A stretch of DNA of 64,000 nucleotides, from NCBI GenBank assembly GCA_031417395.1, contig JANOVM010000024.1:1491-65490 (forward strand), given 5' to 3'. The notes beneath the pieces are model-generated. The model was not told the origin of the DNA. It saw only the letters and a program-made list of their open reading frames with translations, and made no database searches. The position numbers and the translations under genes were made by a program. Origin of the DNA: Bacteroidota bacterium (lineage in GTDB: Bacteria > Bacteroidota > Bacteroidia > AKYH767-A > 2013-40CM-41-45). Below, in pieces: positions 19,539 to 30,353 of this stretch. Within the stretch, counting starts at the first letter, position 1. Every line of letters starts with the position of its first letter.

Positions 19539-20961
19539 TCCCTTGCTTCAAAAGTAAGGATTTAGTTCTGATCGCATAAAATGCCATATACAAAAAGCAT
19601 ACAACTCCTACCAGATAAGACCATTGAATTCCTAAATATGCATCCGATGCAAGTATACCCTGAAGCAAGCTGATTATACCACCACCCATAATCATCATAA
19701 TAAGAAGTCCTGCTCCTTCATTGGTATGTTTTCCCAATCCCGCAATAGCCAGTGTGAATATGCATGGCCATAAGGTACTGCAGAATAAGCCCACACTTAT
19801 AAATGCATACACACTAATCAACCCTTCTGTTAACATGCCTGTGAAGAGTGCAATGATTCCAAGTGTTGAAAATATCAATAGCTGTCGGGCAGGGTTTCCT
19901 TTACTCATATAATCTGCCGCTATTAATACAATAATTACCAATGGGTATTTGTAAAAAGGCTCTATGTTATGTCCTGCAAGGAGATTGACTCCAAGAAAGA
20001 AACCAAAAGCCAGGAAAGGCATAATTAAGGTGAATATTTTTTTTGAACCTTCACTTATGTTGAGTATCCCTACCGATGAAGTCCAGCGGCCTATCATTAA
20101 ACTTGCCCAGAACAAGCTAATGTACGGAGCAACCTGCTCTGTGCTTGTATTTAAATGTTGCCGCATGTATTCAGGAAGATTACTGGCAGTAGAAACTTCC
20201 ACTCCTACGTAAACGAATATCGCTATCATTCCAAGGATTAACTGCGGATAACTAAAAACACTTTTCCTGTCTTTGCCCGTAACATCATTCGTTTCTCCGG
20301 ACGCATTGACTTCTATTTTATCCGGAATGGATGAAAATTTAAAGATGATTGCGAATACAATAAATGCAGCTCCCAGAATAAGGTAAGGTGTTTTAACACC
20401 GGAAATACTTCCCATGTGTACACTCGAGGAATCAATCGTGCCGAATATCGCAAGACTAACAAGTAAAGGACCAATGGTTGTACCTATATTATTTATACCG
20501 CCGGCCAGACTTAATCTTTGGGAGCCTTTCTTTGGGTTTCCAAGTACAATAGTTAGCGGATTTGCCGCTATCTGCTGTAGAGAAAATCCCAGTCCAACTA
20601 TGAACAACCCTGTAATCATCAACGGAAAGGATGCTGATTCAGCAGCGGGATAAAACAATAATGTTCCCAGAGCAGAAAGACATAAACCTCCTGCTATTCC
20701 GTTTTTATAGCCAATTCTGTTTAGTAAATCTCCGCCTGAATAGCGGGAAATCAAATAGTATATTACCGAACCTACTGTATAGGCGACATAAAAAGCAAAT
20801 GAAATCATCTGCGATTGCCATTGAAGGAGATTTAGTTTTTCCTTAAAAACAGGAATTAAAATATCATTACTGGCTGCAACAAATCCCCAAAAGAAGAATA
20901 TGGAGATTAGTGTAGGCAATGCCATGCGACCGGCAGAGGTATAGGTTTTTGTCATAGTCAT
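19519..20961 (-). CDS. MFS sugar transporter, FucP/GluP (FHS) family
   Basis: FFFWGF, IGYKNGI, QIAANP, FVYVGVEV motifs. Confidence 0.9.
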   Translation of the reverse strand: MTMTKTYTSAGRMALPTLISIFFFWGFVAASNDILIPVFKEKLNLLQWQSQMISFAFYVAYTVGSVIYYLISRYSGGDLLNRIGYKNGIAGGLCLSALGTLLFYPAAESASFPLMITGLFIVGLGFSLQQIAANPLTIVLGNPKKGSQRLSLAGGINNIGTTIGPLLVSLAIFGTIDSSSVHMGSISGVKTPYLILGAAFIVFAIIFKFSSIPDKIEVNASGETNDVTGKDRKSVFSYPQLILGMIAIFVYVGVEVSTASNLPEYMRQHLNTSTEQVAPYISLFWASLMIGRWTSSVGILNISEGSKKIFTLIMPFLAFGFFLGVNLLAGHNIEPFYKYPLVIIVLIAADYMSKGNPARQLLIFSTLGIIALFTGMLTEGLISVYAFISVGLFCSTLWPCIFTLAIAGLGKHTNEGAGLLIMMIMGGGIISLLQGILASDAYLGIQWSYLVGVVCFLYMAFYAIRTKSLLLKQGIDYDKG

Positions 20962-21127
20962 TCTTTAGAATCTGAAATGTATATTCTTTTTAGTAAAGGT
21001 TAATGCTCCAAAGAAAAATGTTATTAAAGAAGAATGTTTATTAATATCTTTTTTGAAACGGGATTCGGTTTTTTTCAATATAAAGGATTATTTACCTTTC
21101 TGCCTCTTAATTAATAAATAACCTTAT

Positions 21128-21982
21128 ATGATTCTAATAATCGACAGCGGCTCAACGAAAGCAGATTGGATTTTTACCGATGGAAAGACAAAAAAACTAT
21201 TTACCTCTCCGGGAATGAATCCCTACTTCCTTAAGGAAGATGAGATTGTTCGGATGATAAAGAAAAATATTACAGGAATTAATTTTAAATCAATAGCAAA
21301 AGTTTACTTCTATGGTGCCGGTTGTTCCAGCAAAGAACTAAACGATGTTGTATCCAGGGCTTTCAAAAGAGTTTTTACGGCAGCAAAAGTTACCATCGAT
21401 CACGATATCCTTGGCGCTGTGCTCGCTACATGCGGAAAGGAAGAAGGAATTTCCTGCATCATCGGCACCGGATGCAATTCAGTATATTTCGACGGAAAAA
21501 AAATTGAAAAAAATAATTATGGTCTTGGCTATATCCTTGCTGACGAAGGTTCCGGTTCATGGCTCGGTAAAAAGCTTGTTACGCATTACTTGTATGGCTT
21601 ACTTCCTGAAAAATTGTCTGAGCAATTCAAAAAGAAATACCGTCTGACAAAAGATAAAATTGTCACCAATGTTTATAACAAACCTTTGGCAAATTCCTGG
21701 CTTGCTTCTTTGGCGCCTTTCCTTGTAGAAAACAAAGATAACTTTTGGGTAAAAAATACAGTTTTAACAGGCTTTGAGGAGTTCGTGAAGCTCTATATAA
21801 TGAATTACCCAAAATATCAGAAGGTCCCTGTTCATTTTGTAGGCAGCATTTCTTATCTATTCGTTGATTTGCTCGATGAAATTTTAGAAGCCCAAAATAT
21901 TACTAAAGGAATTGTAATTAAAAAACCAATTGATGGTCTGGTTTCCTACATTTCAAAAAAAGAATTTAGTACTAAATACTAA
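21128..21982 (+). CDS. BadF/BadG-type sugar kinase (N-acetylglucosamine kinase-like)
   Basis: DSGSTKADW, FYGAGC, IIGTG, LGYILADEGSG. Confidence 0.88.
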   Translation: MILIIDSGSTKADWIFTDGKTKKLFTSPGMNPYFLKEDEIVRMIKKNITGINFKSIAKVYFYGAGCSSKELNDVVSRAFKRVFTAAKVTIDHDILGAVLATCGKEEGISCIIGTGCNSVYFDGKKIEKNNYGLGYILADEGSGSWLGKKLVTHYLYGLLPEKLSEQFKKKYRLTKDKIVTNVYNKPLANSWLASLAPFLVENKDNFWVKNTVLTGFEEFVKLYIMNYPKYQKVPVHFVGSISYLFVDLLDEILEAQNITKGIVIKKPIDGLVSYISKKEFSTKY

Positions 21983-21986
21983 GTAC

Positions 21987-22736
21987 TTATTTAAAGTATC
22001 TTAACTCAAATTCTTTTCCGTCAAAAACACCATAAGAGAAATAACGTATCCAATCTCCAAGATTGATATACCTACTTTTCCCATTGATTGGAAAATCGAG
22101 TGGCAAATGTCTGTGTCCAAATATTAAATAGTCGAAATGTTTCTTTTGAAGAAGTTCTTTCGAATGGATAATCAGCCATTCTTTTTCCTCTCCTAAAAAT
22201 TTTTCATCCGATATGCCTGTTGCTACACGACTCTTTTTAGAAAAATATTCTGCTATACCTATTCCTGCATTTGGATGCAGCCGGGCAAACATCCATTGAC
22301 TTATTTTACTTGAAAAAACTTTTTTAATGAATTTATATCCATGATCGCCCGGCCCTAAGCCATCGCCATGGCCAATGTAAAATTGTTTGCCGTTGTATTC
22401 TTTTTCTATGGGTTCTCTGTAGATTTTTACATTTAACTCTTTAGACAAGTAGTCAAATGTCCACATATCATGATTCCCTGTAAAATAATGTACTATAATT
22501 CCCTTATCAGTTAGTTCAGCAATTTTACCGAGAAGACGCACGTAGCCACGCGGCACAACTGTTTTATATTCAAACCAGAAATCAAATACATCGCCCAAGA
22601 GATAAATCTCTTCCGCATCTGATTTTATTTCGTCAAGCCATTTTACTACTTTTTTTTCCCTGGCCAGACTGCTTTCATAATCCGGTACTCCCAGGTGAAA
22701 GTCTGAAGCAAAATAAATTTTTTTCCCCGGATTCAT
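21987..22736 (-). CDS. lpxH: UDP-2,3-diacylglucosamine diphosphatase (calcineurin-like metallophosphoesterase)
   Basis: SDFHLG, LGDVFDFWFE, GNHD, HGD, GHRH, NLGDW. Confidence 0.82.
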   Translation of the reverse strand: MNPGKKIYFASDFHLGVPDYESSLAREKKVVKWLDEIKSDAEEIYLLGDVFDFWFEYKTVVPRGYVRLLGKIAELTDKGIIVHYFTGNHDMWTFDYLSKELNVKIYREPIEKEYNGKQFYIGHGDGLGPGDHGYKFIKKVFSSKISQWMFARLHPNAGIGIAEYFSKKSRVATGISDEKFLGEEKEWLIIHSKELLQKKHFDYLIFGHRHLPLDFPINGKSRYINLGDWIRYFSYGVFDGKEFELRYFK

Positions 22737-25700
22737 TATTCGTTCATTGATTTAATAAAGTCGAGCGGATTCAGCATGTTTAAATGCAATTCAAAACGTA
22801 AAAGATCTTTTTTGCCCAGATCCTGACCTTCTACGGCATTCTTAATGTCTTTTGAATATGCAAATGGATAATAGATCACAAAAATATCTTTTATTATCGG
22901 TATGTCAACACCGGCCTCCCAGGAATATTTTCCAAATTCTCCCTGACTGTCTGAATTGTCAAAAGTTCCAACATTAAGAAATAGTCTGATTGGCAATAAA
23001 CCCGGTAGTGTAGTATTTATATTTATACCGAACATGTATTCTTGCGCAAGCCTGTAAAAAGATGTCGGTGTCTTAAATCCTGCATAATCTTCCGTAAATT
23101 GTTTGGAAGTAATTCCGGTTTCTTCTGTTCTGCCTATAAATACTTCATCAAAGAGATAATCTCTTTCTCCGGCTCGTCCGCTTAGACTCATTCTATAATC
23201 TGTAATTGATTTTTTAGAATAATTTAAATATCCGCCAAAGAATCTAAAGTTCATCCCTTTATCCTTTTTATCGTAACAAATAAATTTTTTCAATTCAAGA
23301 GTTGCAGTAAATAATTCTTTGTTTCCTGTTATTGTTATTTTTTCTAATGATTTTTCAAGTGGATTGTTGTTTATCCTTTTATATTCTCCCTGAAAAAAAT
23401 GCATGTTCAGCTTTGACAGGCTGTAGTTATAGATATAAGGGATTTCTTTGCTGATAAAGACATCTTGAAGCGTAATTGTATTTTTAAAATGATTTTGAGC
23501 ATCGCTTTGCTTCAGGGAAAAGGTGATTTGATTGTTTAGTTTTAGAAAATGATTGGTGTGTGAATATGTAAAGTCTGCATTTGAATATTCATCATGTAAA
23601 TATGCATATCTGCTAATACCGGAGTGTAATGTAATTCTGAAAAATTTTGAATCATAAGGATATATATGAAAACTAACATCACCGCCCCCTGCAAGGTCTT
23701 TTGTTCCTGTTCCGTAAAGCGGCATTAATCTATATTCAAATTTATTTTCATGTACAGAAATATTATAAATGATTATTCCGGGTAAAAACTTATTATAGTT
23801 ATTCCAACCGAGTACCGGTATATAAAAAAATTGTGTACGCTTTGGATTTTCTAAACGCCAGCCAAAGGACATCTGCGGCTTTTCCATGCTGCGGAAAAAT
23901 CCGGTGGTTCGTAGTGTATTATCTTTTTCATACAATTCAGGCAGACGTTCTTCATTGTCAATTCGAAATTCTTTACACTCTGAGCAGGGAAGGATCGTAT
24001 CCTTCGAACCCGGGAAGCCTTCCATCCAGAATGTATTAATGGCTTTACCATTGCTTATTTCACTGATGGGTATTGGTCCTGCAATCCTTCCTGTGTTTTT
24101 AATGCTGAGTTTAATGTTATTTGAACCTTGAAGCCTTGAACATGTAAGACGATAATTTAATTTATTTGAACTTCCTAAAAGTCCCTGAAAAAACCAATCC
24201 AATTTTTTTCCGCTTGTTTCCTCAACAATATTACGGAAATCCTCGGGTTGAGGGTGTCTGAATTTCCAGCGATCAAAATAAATTTGCATACTTCGATCAA
24301 ACAAGGAATCTCCCAAATAGTATTTTAAGTAATCTAAACTTATCGATGATTTATAATATGCATTACCGTGGTAATTTTTTATACCTAGTTTTTCTGAACT
24401 CAGATCGGGCGCTTGATCTAGGTTCATTCTTGCATTCGTTAAGTATTTATAATATTGAATTTTTCTGTGATTTATTTTTTTCATAGAGAGCCCGGGAATT
24501 CCGGAAAATTCAGATACTTCAAGCTGTTGAGTTGAGTCATTTACATAATGTGTATATATATATCTTGTTTCGAAGAAATTATTAATCCCTTCGTCCATCC
24601 AGGGATGCTTTCTTTCATTGCTTCCAAGTATTCCATAAAACCAGCTATGGCCAACTTCATGAACAAGTGTCACTTCAAGTTCAAAAGGATCGCCGTAATT
24701 TCCAATGGCAGTTGACATTGGATACTCCATGCCATTTCCCATTGCATTGCCAACGTCTATTGCCGAAAATTCATCGTATGGATATTCGCCAAGCCATTCG
24801 GAAAAATAATTCAATGAATTGGAAATAATTTCCGGCGATTTTAACCAGTATGAAGCTTCTTTATTATTAAAGAAGGACCATGTAATTACAGGCTTCCCGC
24901 TTTTCAGTGTAATTTTGTTTTTTAATACATGCCAGCGCTTGTCTGCAAACCATGCAAAATCATGAACATTTCGCTGAGAGAAATGAATAGTTTTTAAAGT
25001 AGAAGAGGAGGGAGGTGATAAATCTTCATCAGGAAAAACAGATATTGTTCGAGTCACTGAATCATTTGTTTCCAGCCTTTTGATTTCATCTGCTGCATTC
25101 ATCCTGATTCCTGTTGCTGCAAGAACATAATTTTCCGGCAAAGTAATATAAACATCGAAGGATCCAAATTCACTGTAATACTCTCCCTGATCGAGGTACG
25201 AAAAATAATTCCAGCCATTCTTGTCAAATACAGCCGGTTTGGGATACCATTGTGTAATATAATAGGATTGTTTGTTGTGTCCTAGCCGGGAAATAAATGA
25301 CGCAGGAATTTTTATTCGAAAGGGTGTAGTTATGGTAATGCTATCGCCCGGCGCCAATGGTTTAAGTAATGTTAACTTGCAAACATCTGAAGTGTCTTTT
25401 AATACGTTCCAACTAATTCTTTCTCCATTAATGTGGAAGTCCAGAGAGTCAATGTTGCCGAGGTCTTCCGGATTTGCATTAAGCATTCTGTCATCACCAC
25501 TTTTAAAAATTTCCCGTGCCAATGCAGTATTTACATTTTGATATGCTGCCGGCCAAATGTGAAAGTATAGTTCTTTCAGTGTTGTGGATGAGTTGTTTGT
25601 GTAAACGATGCTTTCATCTGCAGTAAGAATGTGTTTTTTATCGTCTAGTTTTACATGGATGGTATATTTTACATCCTGCTGAAAATAATTACCTCGACTT

Positions 25701-25780
25701 ATAAAAGGAAATAAAAGCATTGCCAATAGACACAGAGTTCCTGATAGTCTATTGGTCGGGTATAAAATTAACTTTTTCAA
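22736..25780 (-). CDS. M1-family zinc aminopeptidase with C-terminal beta-rich (possibly barrel) extension
   Basis: GMEYP and HEVGH-x18-E (WMDEG) motifs; signal peptide. Confidence 0.88.
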   Translation of the reverse strand: MKKLILYPTNRLSGTLCLLAMLLFPFISRGNYFQQDVKYTIHVKLDDKKHILTADESIVYTNNSSTTLKELYFHIWPAAYQNVNTALAREIFKSGDDRMLNANPEDLGNIDSLDFHINGERISWNVLKDTSDVCKLTLLKPLAPGDSITITTPFRIKIPASFISRLGHNKQSYYITQWYPKPAVFDKNGWNYFSYLDQGEYYSEFGSFDVYITLPENYVLAATGIRMNAADEIKRLETNDSVTRTISVFPDEDLSPPSSSTLKTIHFSQRNVHDFAWFADKRWHVLKNKITLKSGKPVITWSFFNNKEASYWLKSPEIISNSLNYFSEWLGEYPYDEFSAIDVGNAMGNGMEYPMSTAIGNYGDPFELEVTLVHEVGHSWFYGILGSNERKHPWMDEGINNFFETRYIYTHYVNDSTQQLEVSEFSGIPGLSMKKINHRKIQYYKYLTNARMNLDQAPDLSSEKLGIKNYHGNAYYKSSISLDYLKYYLGDSLFDRSMQIYFDRWKFRHPQPEDFRNIVEETSGKKLDWFFQGLLGSSNKLNYRLTCSRLQGSNNIKLSIKNTGRIAGPIPISEISNGKAINTFWMEGFPGSKDTILPCSECKEFRIDNEERLPELYEKDNTLRTTGFFRSMEKPQMSFGWRLENPKRTQFFYIPVLGWNNYNKFLPGIIIYNISVHENKFEYRLMPLYGTGTKDLAGGGDVSFHIYPYDSKFFRITLHSGISRYAYLHDEYSNADFTYSHTNHFLKLNNQITFSLKQSDAQNHFKNTITLQDVFISKEIPYIYNYSLSKLNMHFFQGEYKRINNNPLEKSLEKITITGNKELFTATLELKKFICYDKKDKGMNFRFFGGYLNYSKKSITDYRMSLSGRAGERDYLFDEVFIGRTEETGITSKQFTEDYAGFKTPTSFYRLAQEYMFGININTTLPGLLPIRLFLNVGTFDNSDSQGEFGKYSWEAGVDIPIIKDIFVIYYPFAYSKDIKNAVEGQDLGKKDLLRFELHLNMLNPLDFIKSMNE

Positions 25781-25782
25781 AA

Positions 25783-26904
25783 TCAGGATTTTCTCATTAG
25801 TGCTTCATTGACTTTAATTTCAATTTCTTCACTTCGAAGTCCTTTGGCAATGATTTTACCTTCCGTGTCAATTAATACATTGTAAGGTATAGATTCAATA
25901 TGGAAATCCTTTACAACAGTACTTTCCCATCTTCTTAAATCACTTACTTGCGGCCAGGTAATTTTATCTTTTTCAATGGCATTTTTCCATGCAGCTGTAT
26001 TTTCATCAAGTGATACTCCGAAGATTTCAAAATTATTTCCTTTTAATCTTTTGTAAATTTCAACAAGTGCGGGATTTTCTCTCCTGCAGGGCGCACACCA
26101 GCTGGCCCAGAAATCTATTAAAACAACTTTTCCCTTCAGAGAAGCAAGCGATAAAGGTTTTCCTTCCGGCGAATTTAATGTTATATCCGGACACTGACTA
26201 CCGGCCGGCAAATTATTCAATTCAACCAATAACAGTTCATAGTCTTTTACATATACGTTATCGGGAAAAGCTTTTTTTAAGGAGTCTTTTAAAGAATTGA
26301 GTAAACTCATTTCAGAATATTGGTTAATAAATTTCGTAGCAGAAAGCGAAACGATTGATTGCATGTTGTTTTTGATAAAATCTTTCGAGTATTTTTCAAT
26401 TGCAATTGAATAAGCGGTTTGCAGCTGTTGTCCTATAGAATCTTTCTTTTCAGGAAATTGTGCTCTCAACGATTCATAATTTTGACTCAATGAATCGTTT
26501 AATTTTTTTTCAAATGACCTTAGTTCCTTTATAAGTTGCGAATCTTTCGACCCATTTACCTCATAATTTGATTCAAAATTCGCTGCACTACCGTTTACTT
26601 CAACTGTTTCATTTTCTCTTAATACTAAGTAAATAATATTTGTCGCATCTGCCCGTAAAACGTAATAGTCAGGCGACTTCGCCGGATTTTTTAACGCAAA
26701 ACTTCCGTCATTAGATGATTCAACAGAATCGATTGTTGCATAGCCGGCTTCCGTAATCTTCTGAAGATAAATCCACGACTTTTCCGCATTTTTTATTCTG
26801 CCATAAATCATGTTTTTTCTCTCCACTTTCTGACAGGAAACAAATAATACTAAAGCAACAAATAATGTAATATTTCTCACAGCTATCTTATTAATGAATC
26901 TCAT
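25783..26904 (-). CDS. TlpA-family thiol-disulfide oxidoreductase lipoprotein (DUF4369-like N-domain)
   Basis: Lipobox FVSC; DFWASWCAPCR. Confidence 0.92.
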   Translation of the reverse strand: MRFINKIAVRNITLFVALVLFVSCQKVERKNMIYGRIKNAEKSWIYLQKITEAGYATIDSVESSNDGSFALKNPAKSPDYYVLRADATNIIYLVLRENETVEVNGSAANFESNYEVNGSKDSQLIKELRSFEKKLNDSLSQNYESLRAQFPEKKDSIGQQLQTAYSIAIEKYSKDFIKNNMQSIVSLSATKFINQYSEMSLLNSLKDSLKKAFPDNVYVKDYELLLVELNNLPAGSQCPDITLNSPEGKPLSLASLKGKVVLIDFWASWCAPCRRENPALVEIYKRLKGNNFEIFGVSLDENTAAWKNAIEKDKITWPQVSDLRRWESTVVKDFHIESIPYNVLIDTEGKIIAKGLRSEEIEIKVNEALMRKS

Positions 26905-26935
26905 AAAATTTATTTTGTTTAAGTACTAAGTATTA

Positions 26936-28306
26936 CTACCTAACCACGACCTTCTTCAAAACCACTCTGTCTTTCATTAAAATCCTTACGGAATAAATTC
27001 CCGGTTTTAGTGTTGAAACATCCAGTGTTGTATTTACTTCCTGAATAACTTTTTCTAAACAAAGTTGTCCAGTTGAATTGATGAATTCCAGTTTAGCATT
27101 GCTAATACCTTCTGTTCGCAGAATGCCTGATGTAGGATTCGGGTAAATTTTTAATAGGTTTTCTTTTGTAGAAGTTATATTTGTTATTCCTGATATATCA
27201 AGACAAAAGAGTCCGGATTGCATGTCGCTAACCAAAAGTGTTCCACTGGGCAGATACGGATAAGCGGCCCAGGCTCCTGCATACGGAGGCCAGGGGTAAG
27301 TGCCCGGAGGATTGGCAGGATAGGTGTCAAAGTATCCCATTAGAACCGGTGTTGAAGCATTTGAAACATTGTAGATATATACTCCATCCTGATAAGCTGC
27401 AATAATTAAGAGGCTGTCCAGTAAATATGGATTGTGTGGTGTATTGCCTATATTGGTGTGAAAGGTATCAATCAAAGCAGGGCTGGAAATATTGGATACG
27501 TCAACTACTTTTATAGGTCTGCCATCGGGAACCTCTTCGCAAACATACAGCGTAGTAAAATCAGGGGAAAGGCAGCTGCTATGATTATAAATGTTTGAAG
27601 CATCCTGAAGCGATCCTAACAAATTAAAAGAATTGCTTACTGAATCATATTTGAATATTTGTAAGCCATCGTATCCACACGAAGCATAAACTGTATCGTT
27701 AGAAACAAACATGTCGTGAACAGCGCTGATAAAGGGATAATCCTGATTAAGTTCCCGTAAAAGTGCCGGATGCGATGGATTAGCCAGCGAGTATACACTC
27801 ATGGATGTAGTATTTGTTAATGTTTTGACTGAAGCCACATAAAGTTTGTTGCCATCCACAAAAAGCGTGTGAGCACGTTCAAAAATATTTGTGCTGTCGT
27901 GAATTACATGAACAGAATCGGGGAGGTAGGACAAGTCTGCAATCTGAAAACTATTGCTTCCCGCATCATCGCTTATTATGTAAAGGTAGTTTTGAAATGT
28001 TTTATATTCATGCCAGATACAGTCTGTCTGGCGATGAGGTATGTAATCGCTCAAGACAGGATTGGTTGGATTGGTTACATTAACAATATACGTTCCTGCA
28101 GTTGAACCGATAATGCCATACTCGTCTCCGGTTGCGGTATCTACCCATCCCCAGCACGATTGATACTTAATTCCATAGGTAAATTCTGCTGCTACAGCCG
28201 GATCAGAATAACTTCCCAGGTAATTAATATTCTGATGTTGGAATTGTGATTTTGCACTGATAGTTACAAGAATCAAAATGAAACTTAAGATAATTTTATT
28301 CGACAT
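26936..28306 (-). CDS. Choice-of-anchor B / LVIVD-repeat propeller protein with T9SS CTD
   Basis: WHEYKT, RAHTL, VHD, YNHS, PHN, GAW..YPYLPSG; YPNP CTD. Confidence 0.85.
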   Translation of the reverse strand: MSNKIILSFILILVTISAKSQFQHQNINYLGSYSDPAVAAEFTYGIKYQSCWGWVDTATGDEYGIIGSTAGTYIVNVTNPTNPVLSDYIPHRQTDCIWHEYKTFQNYLYIISDDAGSNSFQIADLSYLPDSVHVIHDSTNIFERAHTLFVDGNKLYVASVKTLTNTTSMSVYSLANPSHPALLRELNQDYPFISAVHDMFVSNDTVYASCGYDGLQIFKYDSVSNSFNLLGSLQDASNIYNHSSCLSPDFTTLYVCEEVPDGRPIKVVDVSNISSPALIDTFHTNIGNTPHNPYLLDSLLIIAAYQDGVYIYNVSNASTPVLMGYFDTYPANPPGTYPWPPYAGAWAAYPYLPSGTLLVSDMQSGLFCLDISGITNITSTKENLLKIYPNPTSGILRTEGISNAKLEFINSTGQLCLEKVIQEVNTTLDVSTLKPGIYSVRILMKDRVVLKKVVVR

Positions 28307-28314
28307 GGATTAAA

Positions 28315-29133
28315 TTATTTGGAATAAGTGCGAATGAGTTCTTTAATAATGTTTGTCATCTTGCCTTCAGCAGCTGTAGCAACTTTTAAAACTTCTTCAT
28401 GACTTACCTTCTGAGCTTCATCAAATCCTCCAAGGTCTGTTACAATGGATAATGCAAAACAAGGAATGTCCTGATGACGGCCAACTATTACTTCAGGAAC
28501 AGTGGACATGCCGACGAGATCAGCGCCGACAGTGCGAATGTAGCGGTACTCAGCGGGAGTTTCAAAACAAGGCCCTGAAACACCTGCATATACTCCCGTA
28601 TGAAATCTATACCCAAAAGATTTGGCTATTTCACTTGCTTTTTCTACCATCGATTTATCATAGGGCTCACTCATATCCGGAAAACGCGGACCAAGTTCAT
28701 CAAAGTTTTTTCCTATCAAAGGATTCGAAGGCATGAGGTTAATGTGATCGTTAATGATAACAACATCGCCAATCTGATAAGCAGGATTCATGCCTCCACT
28801 GGCATTAGAAAGAATAAGTCGTTTTACTCCGAGTGCAATCATTACACGAATGGGGAATGTTACTTCCTGCATGGAATACCCTTCGTAATAATGAAAGCGG
28901 CCCTGCAAAGCGACAACATTTTTACCGCCAAGTTTACCAAATATTAAATTTCCGCCGTGGCCTTTTACAGTAGAAACAGGGAAGCCCGGAATGGATGTAT
29001 AGGGCAGGGAATGAGCAATTTCAATTTCCTTTACAAGTCCGCCTAATCCTGAACCTAAAACGATACCGTATTCAGGTATATCAGTTATTTTTTCTCGTAA
29101 GTATTCTACTGTTTGTTTGATTCTTTCTAACAT
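28315..29133 (-). CDS. punA: Purine-nucleoside phosphorylase (trimeric family 2)
   Basis: LGSGLG, STVKGHGG, QGRFHYYEG, GPCFETPAE, VGMSTVPE. Confidence 0.95.
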   Translation of the reverse strand: MLERIKQTVEYLREKITDIPEYGIVLGSGLGGLVKEIEIAHSLPYTSIPGFPVSTVKGHGGNLIFGKLGGKNVVALQGRFHYYEGYSMQEVTFPIRVMIALGVKRLILSNASGGMNPAYQIGDVVIINDHINLMPSNPLIGKNFDELGPRFPDMSEPYDKSMVEKASEIAKSFGYRFHTGVYAGVSGPCFETPAEYRYIRTVGADLVGMSTVPEVIVGRHQDIPCFALSIVTDLGGFDEAQKVSHEEVLKVATAAEGKMTNIIKELIRTYSK

Positions 29134-30184
29134 AATCTTTAGTTATTTGTTTAAATATTTCTTCATCCTGATGAAAAGCAATTTCAATCGGAAGGAAGAA
29201 CAAAGGAAGTTTTTGAATTGTGATGTCAATATCGGGATTTTTTAATCTCATCATGTCCTTTTCTGTAGTAACTATGATTTTATTTGCACTGGCAATATTA
29301 TCAAATGTTTGTTTAATTGTGAGTACGTCTTTTTTATGGAATTCATGATGATCATTAAAAACTAAAATTTCAAGTTTATCGGTAAACCTTCTTAAATATT
29401 CTATCAATCCTGAAGGATTCGCTATTCCTGCTAATAGTAAAATAGTAAAACTTTTTTCCCGGTAGTATTCCAGCCCCATTTGCATGGAATTGTGATTGCC
29501 AAATACTCTGGCCAATTCTCCGTATTTTATATAGGTAAAGAATAAAGGCTTTTCCGTTATTAATCGGATATATTCTGTTATTTTCTTTCGCTCAACCGGA
29601 GCCAAAATAGAAGGTGATTTACTGATTAGAACAATATCGGCTCTTTTTGCTGACGACCAGGGTTCGCGTTTATTTCCTGCCGGGAGCAAAAAATCCTTGT
29701 TGAATATAGAATCAAATTCTATTAATAATATATTAATTCCGGGAACGATTCGTCTGTGTTGAAATGCATCATCCAATAGAATTACCTGGGGTTGTTTTTC
29801 CCTTTTTAATAAATTCGTAACCGCTTCCGCTCTGTCTTCAGAAACACAAACCATCACTTTTTTAAATTTGGTAAGGTATTGCATTGGCTCGTCACCAATC
29901 AAATGTGTATTGGCAGGAAGTTCTGCCAAAATATATCCTTTTGATTTACGTCCGTATCCTCTGCTTATGGTTGCTGCCTGGTATTCATCCTGAAACAATT
30001 TTATTAGATATTCAATATGCGGAGTTTTTCCCGACCCCCCCGTTGTTAAATTACCAATGCTAATAATCGGTACTCCAAAAGAAGTGGATTCTATACGTCC
30101 GGAATCGTATAAGTAATTTCTGATCCGAATAACTAAACCATAAAAAAATGAAAAAGGCAGTAGAATTCTGCGCCATGTCTGCAT
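29081..30184 (-). CDS. lpxK: Tetraacyldisaccharide 4'-kinase
   Basis: SIGNLTTGGSGKTP, SRGYGR, GDEP, LDDAFQH, TTEKD. Confidence 0.96.
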   Translation of the reverse strand: MQTWRRILLPFSFFYGLVIRIRNYLYDSGRIESTSFGVPIISIGNLTTGGSGKTPHIEYLIKLFQDEYQAATISRGYGRKSKGYILAELPANTHLIGDEPMQYLTKFKKVMVCVSEDRAEAVTNLLKREKQPQVILLDDAFQHRRIVPGINILLIEFDSIFNKDFLLPAGNKREPWSSAKRADIVLISKSPSILAPVERKKITEYIRLITEKPLFFTYIKYGELARVFGNHNSMQMGLEYYREKSFTILLLAGIANPSGLIEYLRRFTDKLEILVFNDHHEFHKKDVLTIKQTFDNIASANKIIVTTEKDMMRLKNPDIDITIQKLPLFFLPIEIAFHQDEEIFKQITKDYVRKNQTNSRILTRKNN

Positions 30185-30353
30185 CGTGGCAAATTACAAA
30201 ATCAAACGAACAACTTTAGCCGGAATTTGTCATTATTATATGTATTTTTATGTTCTACTCTTTAACAATCAATTATATGACTGTGAATGGTTGGTTTTGA
30301 AATGAGTAAGGATTGTGATTTTTTTGTAGTATTGATCATTCAAAAAACAAATT

